Shown here piece after piece: positions 1 to 11,367 of a stretch of DNA of 64,000 nt (the first letter of the stretch is position 1; each line of letters begins with the position of its first letter). The notes under the pieces were generated by a model. That model did no database searches. It saw nothing but the letters and a program-made list of their open reading frames with translations, and was not told where the DNA came from. The position numbers and the translations under genes were made by a program. Origin of the DNA: Anaeromyxobacter sp. (GTDB lineage Bacteria; Myxococcota; Myxococcia; Myxococcales; Anaeromyxobacteraceae); NCBI GenBank assembly GCA_049840735.1, contig JASGJN010000022.1, positions 448,001 through 512,000 on the forward strand. Reading direction: 5' to 3'.

Positions 1-346
1 CCCGGCGGATCTCACAGGGCCAGCGCGGCTGCGTCTCCACGCGGGTGAGCGCCGGCGGGCCCAGGCCCGGCAGGCTGAGCGGGTCCTCGCACCAGCTGTC
101 CTCCGGCCCGCCGCGGCCCAGCCGGTCCCAGCGCACCACCGAGGAGTAGCAGGCCGACCGCGCCGGCGGCTGCAGCCCCACCGGCCGCAGCGCGCCCTCG
201 CGCAGCGCCGCCCGCACCCGCAGCGGCAGGCCCAGCCGATCCCCCAGCCGGTCGCGCAGCGCGCGCACCCAGCGTCCCACGCCCCGGCGGGGCGCGTGGG
301 CGTTACGCTCCGGGGGCGCCGGCAGGTACGCTTCGCTGTACGCCAT
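1..346 (-). CDS. hypothetical protein, 3' end outside window
   Basis: Manual translation from ATG at 346 (MAYSEAYLPAPPERNAHAPRRGVGRWVRALRDRLG...) stays open to the window edge with GC3-rich codons; no family recognised. Confidence 0.45.
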   Translation of the reverse strand, partial: MAYSEAYLPAPPERNAHAPRRGVGRWVRALRDRLGDRLGLPLRVRAALREGALRPVGLQPPARSACYSSVVRWDRLGRGGPEDSWCEDPLSLPGLGPPALTRVETQPRWPCEIRR

Positions 347-595
347 GCACCTACTGTACATGTACCGGCCGCAAGGTTTGACCGCGGCGGGGTGTCGCGG
401 AGAAATGGGGTCGCGTCATTCCACATTACACTTTCCGCACGGGGGCCCGCCGGAGAGGGACCCGGCCCGGAGCGAGGCGCAGCAAGCGCTCCATCGGTGA
501 TCAGCTGAACACTTGTTCCCATGTCTTCCTCCGGCCATGGTTCGGGCATGAAAGCTCCCCGTCGCCGCAGCACACCCACCGCCAGGGGCGCGCGC

Positions 596-1487
596 ATGAC
601 GACTGACGACCCCGGCGGCCCGGCCACCCTCGACCGCTCCCCGTATGCGCTCGAGGTCGAGGACTCCTTCGCCGGGCCCCGCCTCGATGACCGGCTCTGG
701 CTCCCCCATTACCTCCCGCAGTGGAGCTCGCGCTCCGCAGCCGCGGCGCGCTTCGAGGTGGACGGCGGGCTGCGGCTCCGCATCGACGCAGACCAGCCGG
801 CCTGGTGCCCGGAGTGGAACGGTGAGCTGCGCGTCTCCTCGCTCCAGACCGGCGTCTTCTCAGGGCCGCTGGGGAGCGCCGCCGGCCAGCACCACTTCCG
901 GCCCGGCCTGGTGGTGCGCGAGCCGCAGGCGCCGAAGGCGCTCTACACGCCACGTTACGGGCTCTTCGAGATCCGCTGCCGGGCGCTGGCCAATCCAGCC
1001 TGCCTGGTGGCGCTCTGGATGATCGGCTACGAGGACGCGCCGGAGCGCTCGGGGGAGATTCTGCGTCTGCGAGCTGTTCGGCCGGGACGTGGGCGAGCGG
1101 CAGGTGAGGGTGGGCGTGGGTGTCCACCCATTCGGTGATCCCGCGCTGCGCGACGACTTCCAGGCCGTGCCGGTCGCCATCGACGCGCGCGAGCTGCACA
1201 CCTACTCGGCCGAGTGGACCCCGCACCAGGTCCGCTTCTTCGTCGACGACCGGCTGGTGAGGCGCGTGGCCCAGTCGCCGGACTATCCCATGCAGCTCAT
1301 GCTGAACATCTACGAGTTCCGCGACGGGACGGCGTCGCCCTCGCCGCCTGGGCGCTACCCCAGGGTCTTCGAGGTGGCCTGGATCCGCGGCTGGCGTCCG
1401 GTGAGCCAGCCCTGGTCCCGCCCCAGCGCGTTCGATCGAGGCGCGGGCGCGGACCGCCCCCGGGTGAGCGCAGGTGTGCCTCGCTGA
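596..1487 (+). CDS. glycoside hydrolase family 16-like protein (frameshift ~1059)
   Basis: YGLFEIRCRA...ALWMIG...SGEIxxxE, then HTYSAEWTP..VRFFVD..YPMQLMLNIY in the next frame; removing one base at GAGATTCTGC joins the halves. Confidence 0.7.
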
Positions 1488-1552
1488 GGCACCCTGGCGC
1501 TCGACCTGCCGCTGCGCCTGTGGTGGACTCGCCCGCCCAGGGGGAGGCCCGC

Positions 1553-2320
1553 ATGACCGGCTGGATGTACTGGTTCCTGCTGTCCGCCATCACCGGCAGC
1601 CCGGTGGGCTCGCTGGCGATCCTGGCCGCCCTCTGGTGGCTGGGCGACCGGTACACGTTCCGCGTCCTGCCCGACCCCTTCCGACTCCTCTCGCGGTGGC
1701 GCAGGGCCGGCCAGCTGCGCCGCACGCTGGCCGTGAACCCGCACGACCGGCGCGCCCGCTTCGAGCTGGCCGAGCTGCTGCTCCAGTCCCGCCAGCCGGC
1801 GGCCGCGGCGGAGATGCTGCGCCCCAACGTCGAGGCGGGTGACGAGGACGCCCGGACCGCCTTCGCCATGGGCGCGGCGCTGGGGCGGAGCGGCCGGTGG
1901 GAGCAGGCGGAGGCGGCCCTGGCGGTGGCCCACCAGGCCGACCCGCGCTTCCGCGCCGGCGAGATCGACCTGGAGCTGGGGCGGCAGCGGCTGGCGCGGG
2001 GTGACGCTGCCGCCGCGCGCGAGGCGCTGGAGCGGCTGCTGGTGGAGCGGCCGGGCACCGTCGAGGGGCGCTGGCTGCTGGGCCAGGCGCTGCAGCGGCT
2101 GGGGGACGCGGCCGGCGCGCGGCGCGTGCGCGAGCAGGCCTGGGCCGACTACGCGGCGCTGCCGCGCTTCCACCGCCGCCACGAGCGGCGCTGGGCCTGG
2201 CGCATCAAGCCCTGGCGGCCGCTGGCCGTCGCGCTGCTGGTGGCGGCGCTGGTCGCCGGCGTGGGCATGGGGGCGGCCAGCTGCCAGGGCCGGTCGCCGG
2301 CGGCGATGTACGAGGAGTGA
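1553..2320 (+). CDS. membrane-anchored TPR protein
   Basis: GGAGG SD before ATG 1553; hydrophobic N- and C-terminal segments; TPR-like helices (ARFELAELLL, GRWLLGQAL). Confidence 0.75.
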   Translation: MTGWMYWFLLSAITGSPVGSLAILAALWWLGDRYTFRVLPDPFRLLSRWRRAGQLRRTLAVNPHDRRARFELAELLLQSRQPAAAAEMLRPNVEAGDEDARTAFAMGAALGRSGRWEQAEAALAVAHQADPRFRAGEIDLELGRQRLARGDAAAAREALERLLVERPGTVEGRWLLGQALQRLGDAAGARRVREQAWADYAALPRFHRRHERRWAWRIKPWRPLAVALLVAALVAGVGMGAASCQGRSPAAMYEE

Positions 2321-2533
2321 AGTCGCGCCTGCGCCGTCCACCGCCTCGTGGACCGCCCCGCCCCCGAGCGCCCCCTGCAGCCCCGCCGGCGTGATCCGCG
2401 GGGGCTGCCCGCCGGGCCGCGGCGCCACCCTGGCATGGGTGGCCCCGGCCCAGCGGCCTCGTGCCGCTGCTCCGGGGCGGCGTGAGGGGCCGACCGCGCT
2501 TACATCCCGTGCTCCCTGCACCGGAGGTCCGCC

Positions 2534-4306
2534 GTGCCCGTCTTCCGCGAGGTCCTGCTCTACCTCGGCGCCGCCGTCGTCGCCGTGCCCGTGGCCAGCC
2601 GCCTCGGCCTGGGCTCGGTGCTGGGCTACCTGGCGGCGGGGCTGCTGATCGGCCCCCACGCGCTCCGCCTCACCGGCGGTGACGAGGGCGTGGCCACCGC
2701 GTCCGAGCTGGGCGTGGTGCTGCTCCTCTTCCTGGTCGGCCTGGAGCTCGAGCCCCAGCGGCTCCTGAAGCTGCGCCGGGTGGTCTTCGGCCTCGGCACC
2801 GCGCAGGTGATTGGCACCACGGCGGTGCTGGCCCTCGGGGCGCTGGCCCTGGGGCTGCCCTGGCGAGAGGCGGTGGTGGTGGGCATGGCGCTCACGCTCT
2901 CCTCCACCTCGCTGGTGCTCCCGCTCCTCTCGGAGCGGCGCGAGCTGGGGACGCCGCACGGCCAGGCGGCGTTCGGCATCTCGCTGCTGCAGGACCTGGC
3001 GGTCATCCCGGTGCTGGCGCTCCTCCCCGCGCTCGGCGGCACGGCCCAGGCCAGGCCGCTCTGGCTCACCGCGCTGCTGGCCGGCGCCGCCGTGGCCGGC
3101 GTGGCGCTGGGCTCGCGGCTCCTGGCGCGCCCGGCGCTCCGCTGGGTGGGGGCGCTGCGCGACCCGGAGGTCTTCACCGCAACCGCGCTGCTGCTGGTGA
3201 TCGGCACCGCCTGGGCGGTCTCGGCCACCGGGCTCTCCATGGCGCTGGGCGCCTTCCTGGCCGGCGTGCTCCTGGCCGGCTCGGAGTATCGCCACGAGCT
3301 GGAGGCGGACATCGCGCCGTTCAAGGGGCTCCTGCTCGGCCTCTTCTTCGTCTCGGTGGGCGCGCGGGCCGACCTGTCGCTCCTGTGGCACCGGCCGGTG
3401 GCGGTGCTGGGGACGGTGGCGGGGTTCGTGGCGCTCAAGGCCGCGGTGGGCGCGATTGTCGGCTGGCGCGGGCTGCGGGACGGCGACGGCGCCCTCTCGC
3501 TGGGCCTGCTGCTCTCGCAGGGCAGCGAGTTCGCCTTCGTGATGCTGGCCATGGCCGCCGGGCAGGGGCTGGTGCGCCCGGAGCTGGAGGCGCTGCTGGT
3601 GCTGGCGGTGACGCTCTCGATGGCCACCACGCCGGCGCTGTTCGCGCTGCACGCGCGGCTGGTCCGCCCGCGCCTGGCCCGGCGCGACCGGCGCCCCTAC
3701 GACGTCGCGCCGGAGGGCGACCCGCCGGTGATCGTGGCCGGCTTCGGCCGCGTGGGACAGGTGGTGGGGCGCGTGCTGCGGGCCAAGCGCATCCCCTTCA
3801 CCGCCATGGACGCCAGCCCAGAGCACATCGAGTTCATCCGGCGCTTCGGCAACAAGGTCTTCTACGGCGACGCCTCGCGCCTGGACCTGCTGCGCGCGGC
3901 GCGCGCCGACCGGGCCCGGATCTTCGTGCTGGCCATCGACGACGTGGAGGCCTCGATCCGGACCGCCGAGGTGGTGCTCCAGCACTTCCCGCACCTGACG
4001 CTCTTCGCCCGCGCGCGCAACCGGCAGCACGCCTACCGCCTGCGAGCCCTGGGCGTCACCCGCATCATGCGCGAGACCTGGCTCTCCTCGCTGGCGCTGA
4101 CCGGTGAGGTGCTGGAGGCGCTGGGCGCGGACGCCGGCGAGGCGCGGACCGCGGTGGAGCGCTTCCGCGCCCACGACGAGGCGCTCTTCGAGGAGTCCTG
4201 GCAGGACCAGGGCGACCTGGACAAGCTGGCGGAGCGCTCCAGCCGCAGCCGCGCCCAGCTGGAGCAGCTCTTCGACGAGGACGCGCGGACGCGGCGGCCG
4301 GCGTGA
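2534..4306 (+). CDS. kefC: KefB/KefC-like CPA2 potassium/proton antiporter with KTN domain
   Basis: Multiple TM segments, LLQDLAVIP, FKGLLLGLFF, C-terminal GFGRVGQ and YGDASRLDLL KTN motifs. Confidence 0.9.
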   Translation: MPVFREVLLYLGAAVVAVPVASRLGLGSVLGYLAAGLLIGPHALRLTGGDEGVATASELGVVLLLFLVGLELEPQRLLKLRRVVFGLGTAQVIGTTAVLALGALALGLPWREAVVVGMALTLSSTSLVLPLLSERRELGTPHGQAAFGISLLQDLAVIPVLALLPALGGTAQARPLWLTALLAGAAVAGVALGSRLLARPALRWVGALRDPEVFTATALLLVIGTAWAVSATGLSMALGAFLAGVLLAGSEYRHELEADIAPFKGLLLGLFFVSVGARADLSLLWHRPVAVLGTVAGFVALKAAVGAIVGWRGLRDGDGALSLGLLLSQGSEFAFVMLAMAAGQGLVRPELEALLVLAVTLSMATTPALFALHARLVRPRLARRDRRPYDVAPEGDPPVIVAGFGRVGQVVGRVLRAKRIPFTAMDASPEHIEFIRRFGNKVFYGDASRLDLLRAARADRARIFVLAIDDVEASIRTAEVVLQHFPHLTLFARARNRQHAYRLRALGVTRIMRETWLSSLALTGEVLEALGADAGEARTAVERFRAHDEALFEESWQDQGDLDKLAERSSRSRAQLEQLFDEDARTRRPA

Positions 4307-4315
4307 GCCGCGCCG

Positions 4316-5080
4316 CTACGGCTGGTGGCTGCAGGCCTTCTGCCCGCTCATCCCGAAGCAGGCCGCGTAGCTGTTGCGCAGGTTGTCCTGCGTGACCCGC
4401 ACCCGGCCGTTGATGGCCCGCAGCTCCAGGTCCTCCTCCAGCACGCGGGTGCGGAACTTCCAGCCCGGCGGCAGCCGCAGCCTGGTCCCCAGCCCCTCCA
4501 GCCCCTCGGCGGTGAGCGTGGGATCGAAGGCGCTGGTGAACGACTGCATCACCCAGGTCGTGCCGCGGGGGTCCTCGAGGAGGTAGACGCGCGTGCCCTG
4601 CTTCCACCCCTGGCGCGAGTCGCGGTCCTCGTCCAGCGGCGCGTAGTCCAGGGCGCCCGGCTTCTCGTACTCCTCGACCAGCCAGCGCACGCCGGCCCAG
4701 GCGGCGGTCAGGCCGCCGAGGTCGCGCTGGGCGCCGAGCGGCCGCTCCTGCCAGTCCAGCGTCCAGACCCGCGGCCCGTCCTTGAGCGCGTCGGGCACGT
4801 GGTAGGTGTCCTCGAGCGCGCCGGTGCGGACCTTGGCCCACGCATCGGCAGGGCAGCTCTGCCCGGCCGCGCCGTTCAGGCCGGTGGTGTCGTAGACGAT
4901 GGCGTAGGGGGCCTGCCGCAGGCTGGTCCCGGCGATGAGCAGCACCTGGCAGAAGCCCTGCCCCGAGAGCCCCTCCACCCGGACCGCCTTCGCGCCCTTG
5001 CCATCCTCCAGCGGCCCGCGCTGCACGTTGGCGCAGGCCGTGAGCAGGGTGGCGAGCAGCAGCGGGGCGAGCATTCTCAT
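4316..5080 (-). CDS. hypothetical lipoprotein
   Basis: Signal peptide with lipobox LLTA-C; typical codon bias. Confidence 0.65.
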   Translation of the reverse strand: MRMLAPLLLATLLTACANVQRGPLEDGKGAKAVRVEGLSGQGFCQVLLIAGTSLRQAPYAIVYDTTGLNGAAGQSCPADAWAKVRTGALEDTYHVPDALKDGPRVWTLDWQERPLGAQRDLGGLTAAWAGVRWLVEEYEKPGALDYAPLDEDRDSRQGWKQGTRVYLLEDPRGTTWVMQSFTSAFDPTLTAEGLEGLGTRLRLPPGWKFRTRVLEEDLELRAINGRVRVTQDNLRNSYAACFGMSGQKACSHQP

Positions 5081-5286
5081 GGGGGCTCCGAGCACGATGT
5101 GGGCTGGCAGGCGACCGATGGTGCCCCGGAGACCGGCCTGGAGGCGACACTTTTCGGCTCGCCGGGGGGCTGCCCACCCCCGCCGTCCTTGACGGGGCCC
5201 GGGGCGCCGCGGCACAAACGGCGCCCCGTGGAACTGTCCTCGGCCCGCGAACCGTGGGTAGGATGGCTCTCAAGGAGGCACACCCG

Positions 5287-6286
5287 ATGCGCTGCACCGT
5301 CCTGGGCGCCGGTTCCTGGGGAACCGCGCTGGCCTCGCTCCTCGCCGGCAAGGGCTACACCGTCACCAGCTGGGACAAGGACGTCCCGGTGCTGGACGAG
5401 ATGGCCAAGCACCACCGCAACGAGCGGTACCTGCCCGGCGTGGTCCTCCCCGCCACCCTGCACGCCACCCCGGATCTGCAGAAGGCGCTGGAGGGGGCCG
5501 AGCTGCTGGTGCTGGCGGTCCCGTCCCACGCCGTGCGGCAGGTGGTGATCGAGGCCAAGCGGCACGTCCACGCCGGCACCCCCATCGTCTGCGTGGCCAA
5601 GGGGATCGAGCTGGAGTCGCTCATGACCATGAGCGAGGTGATCGAGGACGTGCTCCCGGTCCCCCTCCACCCCTACGTCGCCGTCCTGTCCGGCCCCTCC
5701 TTCGCGAAGGAGGTGGCCAAGGGGCTGCCCACCGCCGTCACCGTGGCGGCGCGCTGGGAGCGGATCGCCAAGCAGGTGCAGGACGCCTTCCACACCAAGA
5801 CCTTCCGCCCGTACACCTCCGGTGACGTGGTGGGCGTCGAGAATCGGCGGGTGCGTGAAGAACGTGGTGGCGATCGCGGCCGGTATCGCCGACGGGTTCG
5901 GCTTCGGGGCCAACGCCCTGGCCGCGCTCATCACCCGCGGCCTGGCCGAGATCACCCGGCTGGCGGTGCGCAAGGGCGCGAACCCCCTCACGCTCTCCGG
6001 CCTGTCCGGGCTGGGTGACCTGGTCCTGACCTGCTCCTCCGACCTGTCGCGCAACCGGACGGTCGGGCACGGCCTGGCCGCGGGCAAGACGGCCGAGCAG
6101 ATCCAGAAGGAGCTGGGTCAGGTGGCCGAGGGCATCCGCAACACGCGGTCCGCGCACGACCTGGCCGAGCGGCTGGGGGTGGAGATGCCCATCACCGACA
6201 CCATCTACCGGGTCCTCCACGAGGGCGCCTCGCCCCGGGAGGCGGTCACCGCGCTCATGATGCGGGAGACCAAGCCGGAGATTTGA
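5287..6286 (+). CDS. gpsA: NAD(P)H-dependent glycerol-3-phosphate dehydrogenase (frameshift ~5842)
   Basis: [37 protein letters not shown] and [12 protein letters not shown] in the next frame. Confidence 0.93.
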
Positions 6287-6307
6287 CGGCGGGGTTACAC
6301 TGAGGCG

Positions 6308-7799
6308 ATGGCCGACCTCGCCGCCCACCTGGTCAAGTCCGGTGTCCTGCCGCCCGACGCGGCGGCGCGGGCCATCGCCGCGGCCAACGACGGCGACGTG
6401 GCCTCGGCCGCCCTGCGGCTGGGGCTGGCGCCCGAGGGGGCGCTGGTCCGGGCGCTGGCCGACGTCCACGACTGCCCCGGCGTCGACTTCTCCAAGACCG
6501 CCGTCCCCACCGCCAACCTGGATGCCATCGCCCCGGCCTTCTGCCGGCAGCGGCGGGTGCTGCCGGTCTCGGTGGGCAAGTCCGAGCTGGTCCTGGCCAT
6601 GGCCGAGCCGTCCGACCACGCCCTGGCCGACGAGAATCCGCTTCGTCACCGGCCGCAAGGTGCTCCGCTACGTGGCGGTGCCGGCGGCCATCGAGCGGAC
6701 GCTCGACGCCCTGCAGCGCGAGCGCGCCCGGGGGCTGCAGGCGTGGCGCGGCCCGCAGGCCCCGGCGCTCCCCGACCCGGCCGCCGCCTGGGTGGGCGTG
6801 GTCCACCCCTCCACCCGCCGCAACCCCTCCGAGCAGACCGGCTCCATCGAGCTGCCCGAGATCACCTCCACCATGGAGGTGATCGGCGTGGCCGACACGG
6901 TGGACGCGCAGACGCCCTTCTCCGCGCCGTCGCCGGCCCGGCGCTCGCGACCGGCCGAGCTGGAGCCTCCGCCCGCGCCCGCCCTGCTGCGTCCCGGCGG
7001 CGCCGCCGCCACGGTCAGGCTGGAGGGGATCGGCGCCGGCAAGCTGGCGCTGGTGGCCGACGCCGCCCCCGAGGCGCGCGAGGAGGTGGCCGCGGTCCTG
7101 TCCCGGCTCGGCTGCACCGTCCTCCAGGCCGCGAACGGCCGCGCCGCGCTCGACATCGTCCGCGAGGCCAGGCCGGACCTGATCGTCATCGACGCGATGA
7201 TGCCCATGATGCCGGGCTTCGAGGTCTGCCGGGCCGTCAAGGGCGACCCGGTGCTGCGCCCGACGCGCGTGGTGCTCAGCTCGGCCATCCACCGCGGCAC
7301 GGTGGCCGCCGACGCCAAGATCGCCTTCGGGGCCGACGCCTTCGCCGAGAAGCCCTTCCGCAGCGACGAGCTGCTCCGCACCTTGAAGCTGCTGCTGCTG
7401 GGGCCGACCGGCGATCCGGCCGACCAGGCCGCGCGCGCGGTGGCCGCCACCGCCTGGCGCGAGGGGGCCAAGCTGCTGCAGGCCGGGCGGGCCGAGGAGG
7501 CCACCGCGCTCCTGCGCGAGGCGGCCGCCAAGGACGACCTCTCCGCCGAGGCCCACTACTACCTGGGCCACGCGCTGGCGCGGCAGGGGCTCCTCTTCGA
7601 GGCGGCCGCCGCCTTCTCCCGGGCCGCCGAGCTCCGGCCGGACGTGCCCGAGGCCCACGAGGTGCTGGCGCTCACCTACGAGCAGCTGGGCTTCCAGCAG
7701 TCGGCCCGCGAGGCCTGGGCCCGCGCGGTCGAGACCTGCAAGGACGAGCAGCGCCGCCGCGGCATGCAGGAGCGGCTGATGCGCCTGCTGGGGCTGTAG
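6308..7799 (+). CDS. T2SSE_N/MshEN-like domain + receiver + TPR signalling protein (frameshift ~6635)
   Basis: N-terminal VLPV...LVLAMAEPSD...EIRFVTG; receiver PDLIVIDAMMPMMPG...KPF; C-terminal TPR (AEAHYYLG). Confidence 0.75.
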
Positions 7800-7844
7800 C
7801 TTTCGGCGCTGCGCGCCGCCCGCGCCCGCGGTAAACCTCCGGCC

Positions 7845-9803
7845 ATGTCCGACCCCAGCTCCCCGCGCCCCGGGGCCGCCGCCGCGCTGTGCGCCGGCCC
7901 GGAGGCCTTCACCCGCAGTGCCCGCGCCGACATGGACCGCGCCCGCGCCGAGGCCGCGCGCGCCCGGGGGCTGGGCGGGGCCGGCGGCCTGGCCACGGTG
8001 GACGCCTACGACGCCGCCTTCGCCGCGCTGGGCGAGGCCGCCTCCCGCGCCAGCCTGGCCCGCAACGTCCACCCCGACGCGGCGCTGCGCGACGCGGCCG
8101 AGGCGGCCGAGCAGGAGGTGGACGCGCTCTCGACGGAGCTGTCGCTGGACCGCGGCCTGTACGACGCGCTCTCGGCGGTGGACGTCTCGCGCGAGGATCC
8201 GGCCACCCGCCACCTGGTCGAGAAGGCGCTGCGCGACTTCCGCCGGTCGGGCGTGGACCGCGACGAGCCCACCCGGGCCCGCGTGCGCGCGCTCCGCGAG
8301 GAGCTGGTCCGGATCGGCCAGGAGTTCGGGCGCAACATCAAGGACGACGTGCGCCGGCTGCCGCTCACGCCGGCCGAGCTGGAGGGGCTGCCGGAGGACT
8401 GGCGCCGCGCCCACCCGCCCGGCGACGACGGCCAGGTGACGCTCACCACCGACAACACCGACTACGTGCCGTTCATGACCTACGCGCGCAGCGAGCGGGC
8501 GCGCGAGGCGCTCTGGCGGCTCTACCGGCTGCGCGGTCACCCGCGCAACCTGGACGTGCTCTCGCGCATGCTGGAGCGCCGGGCCGAGCTGGCGCGGCTG
8601 CTCGGCTACCCGAGCTGGGCGGCCTACGTCACCGAGGACAAGATGATCGGCAGCGCCGAGGCCGCGGCCGCCTTCGTGGCCCGCATCGCCGCCGCCGCCG
8701 AGGCGCGCATGCGCCGCGACCACGCGCAGCTGCTGGAGCGGAAGCGGCGCGACGCGCCCGGCGCGGAGCGGGTGGAGCCCTGGGACTCGGCCTGGCTGCA
8801 GGAGCGGGTCAAGGCGGAGCAGTACGGGTTCGAGGGGCAGTCGGTGCGGCCCTACTTCGAGTACCGCCGGGTGAAGGACGGCGTGCTGGACGTGACGGCC
8901 CGGCTCTTCGGCATCGCCTACACCCGCGTGCCGGACGCGGCGGCCTGGCACCCCGAGGTGGAGGTGCACGACGTGACCGACGCGGAGAGCGGCGCGCTGC
9001 TGGGGCGCGTCTACCTCGACATGCACCCGCGCGAGGGCAAGTACAAGCACTACGCCCAGTTCACGCTGGCGGCCGGCCAGGCCGGGCGGCGGGTGCCCGA
9101 GGGCGTGCTGGTCTGCAACTTCCCGCGGCCGGGCGTGGACGCGCCGGCGCTGATGGAGCACGGCGACGTCCGCACCTTCTTCCACGAGTTCGGCCACCTG
9201 CTCCACCACGTGCTGGGCGGCCACACCCGCTGGGCCGGCCAGTCGGGCGTGGCCACCGAGTGGGACTTCGTGGAGGCGCCCTCGCAGATGCTGGAGGAGT
9301 GGGTCTGGGATCCGGCGGTGCTGGCGCGCTTCGCCCGCCACGTGGAGACCGGCGAGCCCATCCCGGCGGCGCTGGTGGCGCGCATGCGCGCCGCCGACGA
9401 GTACGGCAAGGGGCTGATGGTCCGGCAGCAGATGTTCTACGCCGCGCTCAGCCTGGAGCTGCACCAGCGGGAGCCCGCCGGGCTCGACACCACCGCGCTG
9501 GTGGCGGAGCTGCAGGAGCGCTACACGCCGTTCCGGCACGTGCCCGGCACCTACTTCCACGAGTCCTTCGGCCACCTCGATGGCTACTCGGCCATCTACT
9601 ACACGTACATGTGGAGCCTGGTGATCGCGAAGGACCTGTTCGGCCCGTTCCGCCAGGCCGGGCTGCTCGACCCCGGCCCCGCCCGCCGCTACCGCAGGGC
9701 GGTGCTGGAGCCGGGCGGCTCGCGCCCGGCGGCGGAGCTGGTGGAGGCGTTCCTGGGCCGGCCGCACGGGTTCGACGCGTACGCGGCCTGGCTGGAGGCG
9801 TAG
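7845..9803 (+). CDS. M3 family metallopeptidase (thimet oligopeptidase-like)
   Basis: FFHEFGHLLH HExxH motif, WDFVEAPSQMLE, YLDMHPREGK, YYTYMWS. Confidence 0.92.
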   Translation: MSDPSSPRPGAAAALCAGPEAFTRSARADMDRARAEAARARGLGGAGGLATVDAYDAAFAALGEAASRASLARNVHPDAALRDAAEAAEQEVDALSTELSLDRGLYDALSAVDVSREDPATRHLVEKALRDFRRSGVDRDEPTRARVRALREELVRIGQEFGRNIKDDVRRLPLTPAELEGLPEDWRRAHPPGDDGQVTLTTDNTDYVPFMTYARSERAREALWRLYRLRGHPRNLDVLSRMLERRAELARLLGYPSWAAYVTEDKMIGSAEAAAAFVARIAAAAEARMRRDHAQLLERKRRDAPGAERVEPWDSAWLQERVKAEQYGFEGQSVRPYFEYRRVKDGVLDVTARLFGIAYTRVPDAAAWHPEVEVHDVTDAESGALLGRVYLDMHPREGKYKHYAQFTLAAGQAGRRVPEGVLVCNFPRPGVDAPALMEHGDVRTFFHEFGHLLHHVLGGHTRWAGQSGVATEWDFVEAPSQMLEEWVWDPAVLARFARHVETGEPIPAALVARMRAADEYGKGLMVRQQMFYAALSLELHQREPAGLDTTALVAELQERYTPFRHVPGTYFHESFGHLDGYSAIYYTYMWSLVIAKDLFGPFRQAGLLDPGPARRYRRAVLEPGGSRPAAELVEAFLGRPHGFDAYAAWLEA

Positions 9804-9840
9804 GCCAGCGCGCCGGGCGCCGCGCGGCTAGATCCCTGGC

Positions 9841-10526
9841 GTGCCCGCCCCCGCCGCCCTGGTCCACGCCTCCTGCCTCTCGGTGGACGGGCCGCCGCGC
9901 CTGGCGTTGCTCTACCGGCTGCTCGACTGGGCGGCAGACCTGCTCATCCGGCCCCTGCGCTGGCGCTACCGGCGGCTCCACCGGCTGCGCGGCCGCGCCG
10001 TCACGCGCGGCGCGCTGCTGGCGGCGCTGGCCGAGGCCGCGGCCGAGCCCGGCGTCACGGCGGTGGACCTGGTGGTCCACGCGCACGGGCTGGACCACCG
10101 GCTCTTCCTGGCCGACGGTCCGGTGGACACGGCGGCGCTGGCCTCGGCGCTGCCGGGCCGGGGGAAGCTGCGGCTCCTCTACTCCACCGCCTGCCACGGC
10201 GCCTCCCACGCCGAGGACCTCCGCGCCAGCGGGTTCCGGGTCGCGGTGGGCGCGCGCGCCACCAACGCCAGCGGCGCCACCGAGGTGCCGCTCTTCCTCT
10301 CGCTCTGGGCGGCCGGGTGGCCGGTGTCCCGCGCGCTGGCGGCGGCCGACGCCGGCTGGCTGCGCCGGTGCTGGGACGCGCTGGCGCGGCCGGTGCTGCG
10401 CGCCGCGGGCGCGGCCGCCGTGGTGGACAGCGAGAAGCGGCTGGTGGGGGAGGGCGGGGTGACGGTCGGGTCCACGGGTGGGCCCGTGGCCGTGCAAGGC
10501 GCGGCGCGCCGCCCGGATCGGGTTAA
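9841..10526 (+). CDS. hypothetical protein with possible clan-CD His/Cys dyad; 3' end uncertain
   Basis: Coding-like to ~10480 (VDLVVHAHG...LLYSTACHG); no in-frame stop before the downstream permease, so the true stop is probably lost to an indel. Confidence 0.5.
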
Positions 10527-10567
10527 GTTGCGCCTGCGCGGGGGCCCTGCCATCCTCGCGCCCTCCC

Positions 10568-11365
10568 GTGTCCCGCACCCTGCGCGCCCTCCCCACGCTG
10601 CTCCGCGTCGGCTTCGCCGAGTCGGTCGCCTACCGCGCCGAGTTCCTGGTCTGGCTGCTCTCCACCAACATGCCGCTGGTGATGATGGCGCTCTGGACCG
10701 CGGTGGCCCGCGAGGCGCCGGTGGGGCGGTTCGGGCAGCGCGAGTTCGTGGCCTACTTCCTGGCCACGCTGGTGGTCCGGCTGCTCACCGGGGCCTGGGT
10801 GGTCTGGGAGATGAACTTCGAGATCCGCCAGGGCACGCTGGTGTACCGGCTGCTGCGGCCGCTCCACCCGCTGGTCCACTACGCGACCGAGAACCTCTCG
10901 GCCATGCCGCTGCGGATCGTGCTCACGCTCCCCATCCTGCTGACGCTGCTCCTGGTGGTCGGCGGCGATCACGTCACCCACGACCCGCTGCTGCTGGCCC
11001 TCTTCCCGCTGGCGGTGGTGGGCGGCTGGCTCATCACCTTCCTGGCCATGGCGGTGATCGGCTGCCTGGCCTTCTGGATGGAGTCGGCCACCTCGCTCTT
11101 CCAGCTCTGGCTTGGGCTGTTCGGCATCTTCTCCGGCTACCTCGTCCCGCTGGAGCTCTTCCCGCCCGCGGTCACGCTGGTGGCCCGCTTCCTGCCGTTC
11201 CGCTACATGCTGGCCGCGCCGGCCGAGCTGCTCATCGGCCTCTCCGGCCGGCCGCACGCGCTGCTCGAGCTGGGCATCCAGTGGGCCTGGGTGGCGGTGC
11301 TGGGGCTGGCCGCGCGCACCATGTGGCGGCTGGGCATCCGCCGCTACTCGGCGTTCGGAGGCTAG
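10568..11365 (+). CDS. ABC-2 family (DUF990-type) permease
   Basis: AYRAEF, EIRQGTL..LLRP, FSGYLVPLELFP; several TM segments. Confidence 0.85.
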   Translation: MSRTLRALPTLLRVGFAESVAYRAEFLVWLLSTNMPLVMMALWTAVAREAPVGRFGQREFVAYFLATLVVRLLTGAWVVWEMNFEIRQGTLVYRLLRPLHPLVHYATENLSAMPLRIVLTLPILLTLLLVVGGDHVTHDPLLLALFPLAVVGGWLITFLAMAVIGCLAFWMESATSLFQLWLGLFGIFSGYLVPLELFPPAVTLVARFLPFRYMLAAPAELLIGLSGRPHALLELGIQWAWVAVLGLAARTMWRLGIRRYSAFGG

Positions 11366-11367
11366 CC

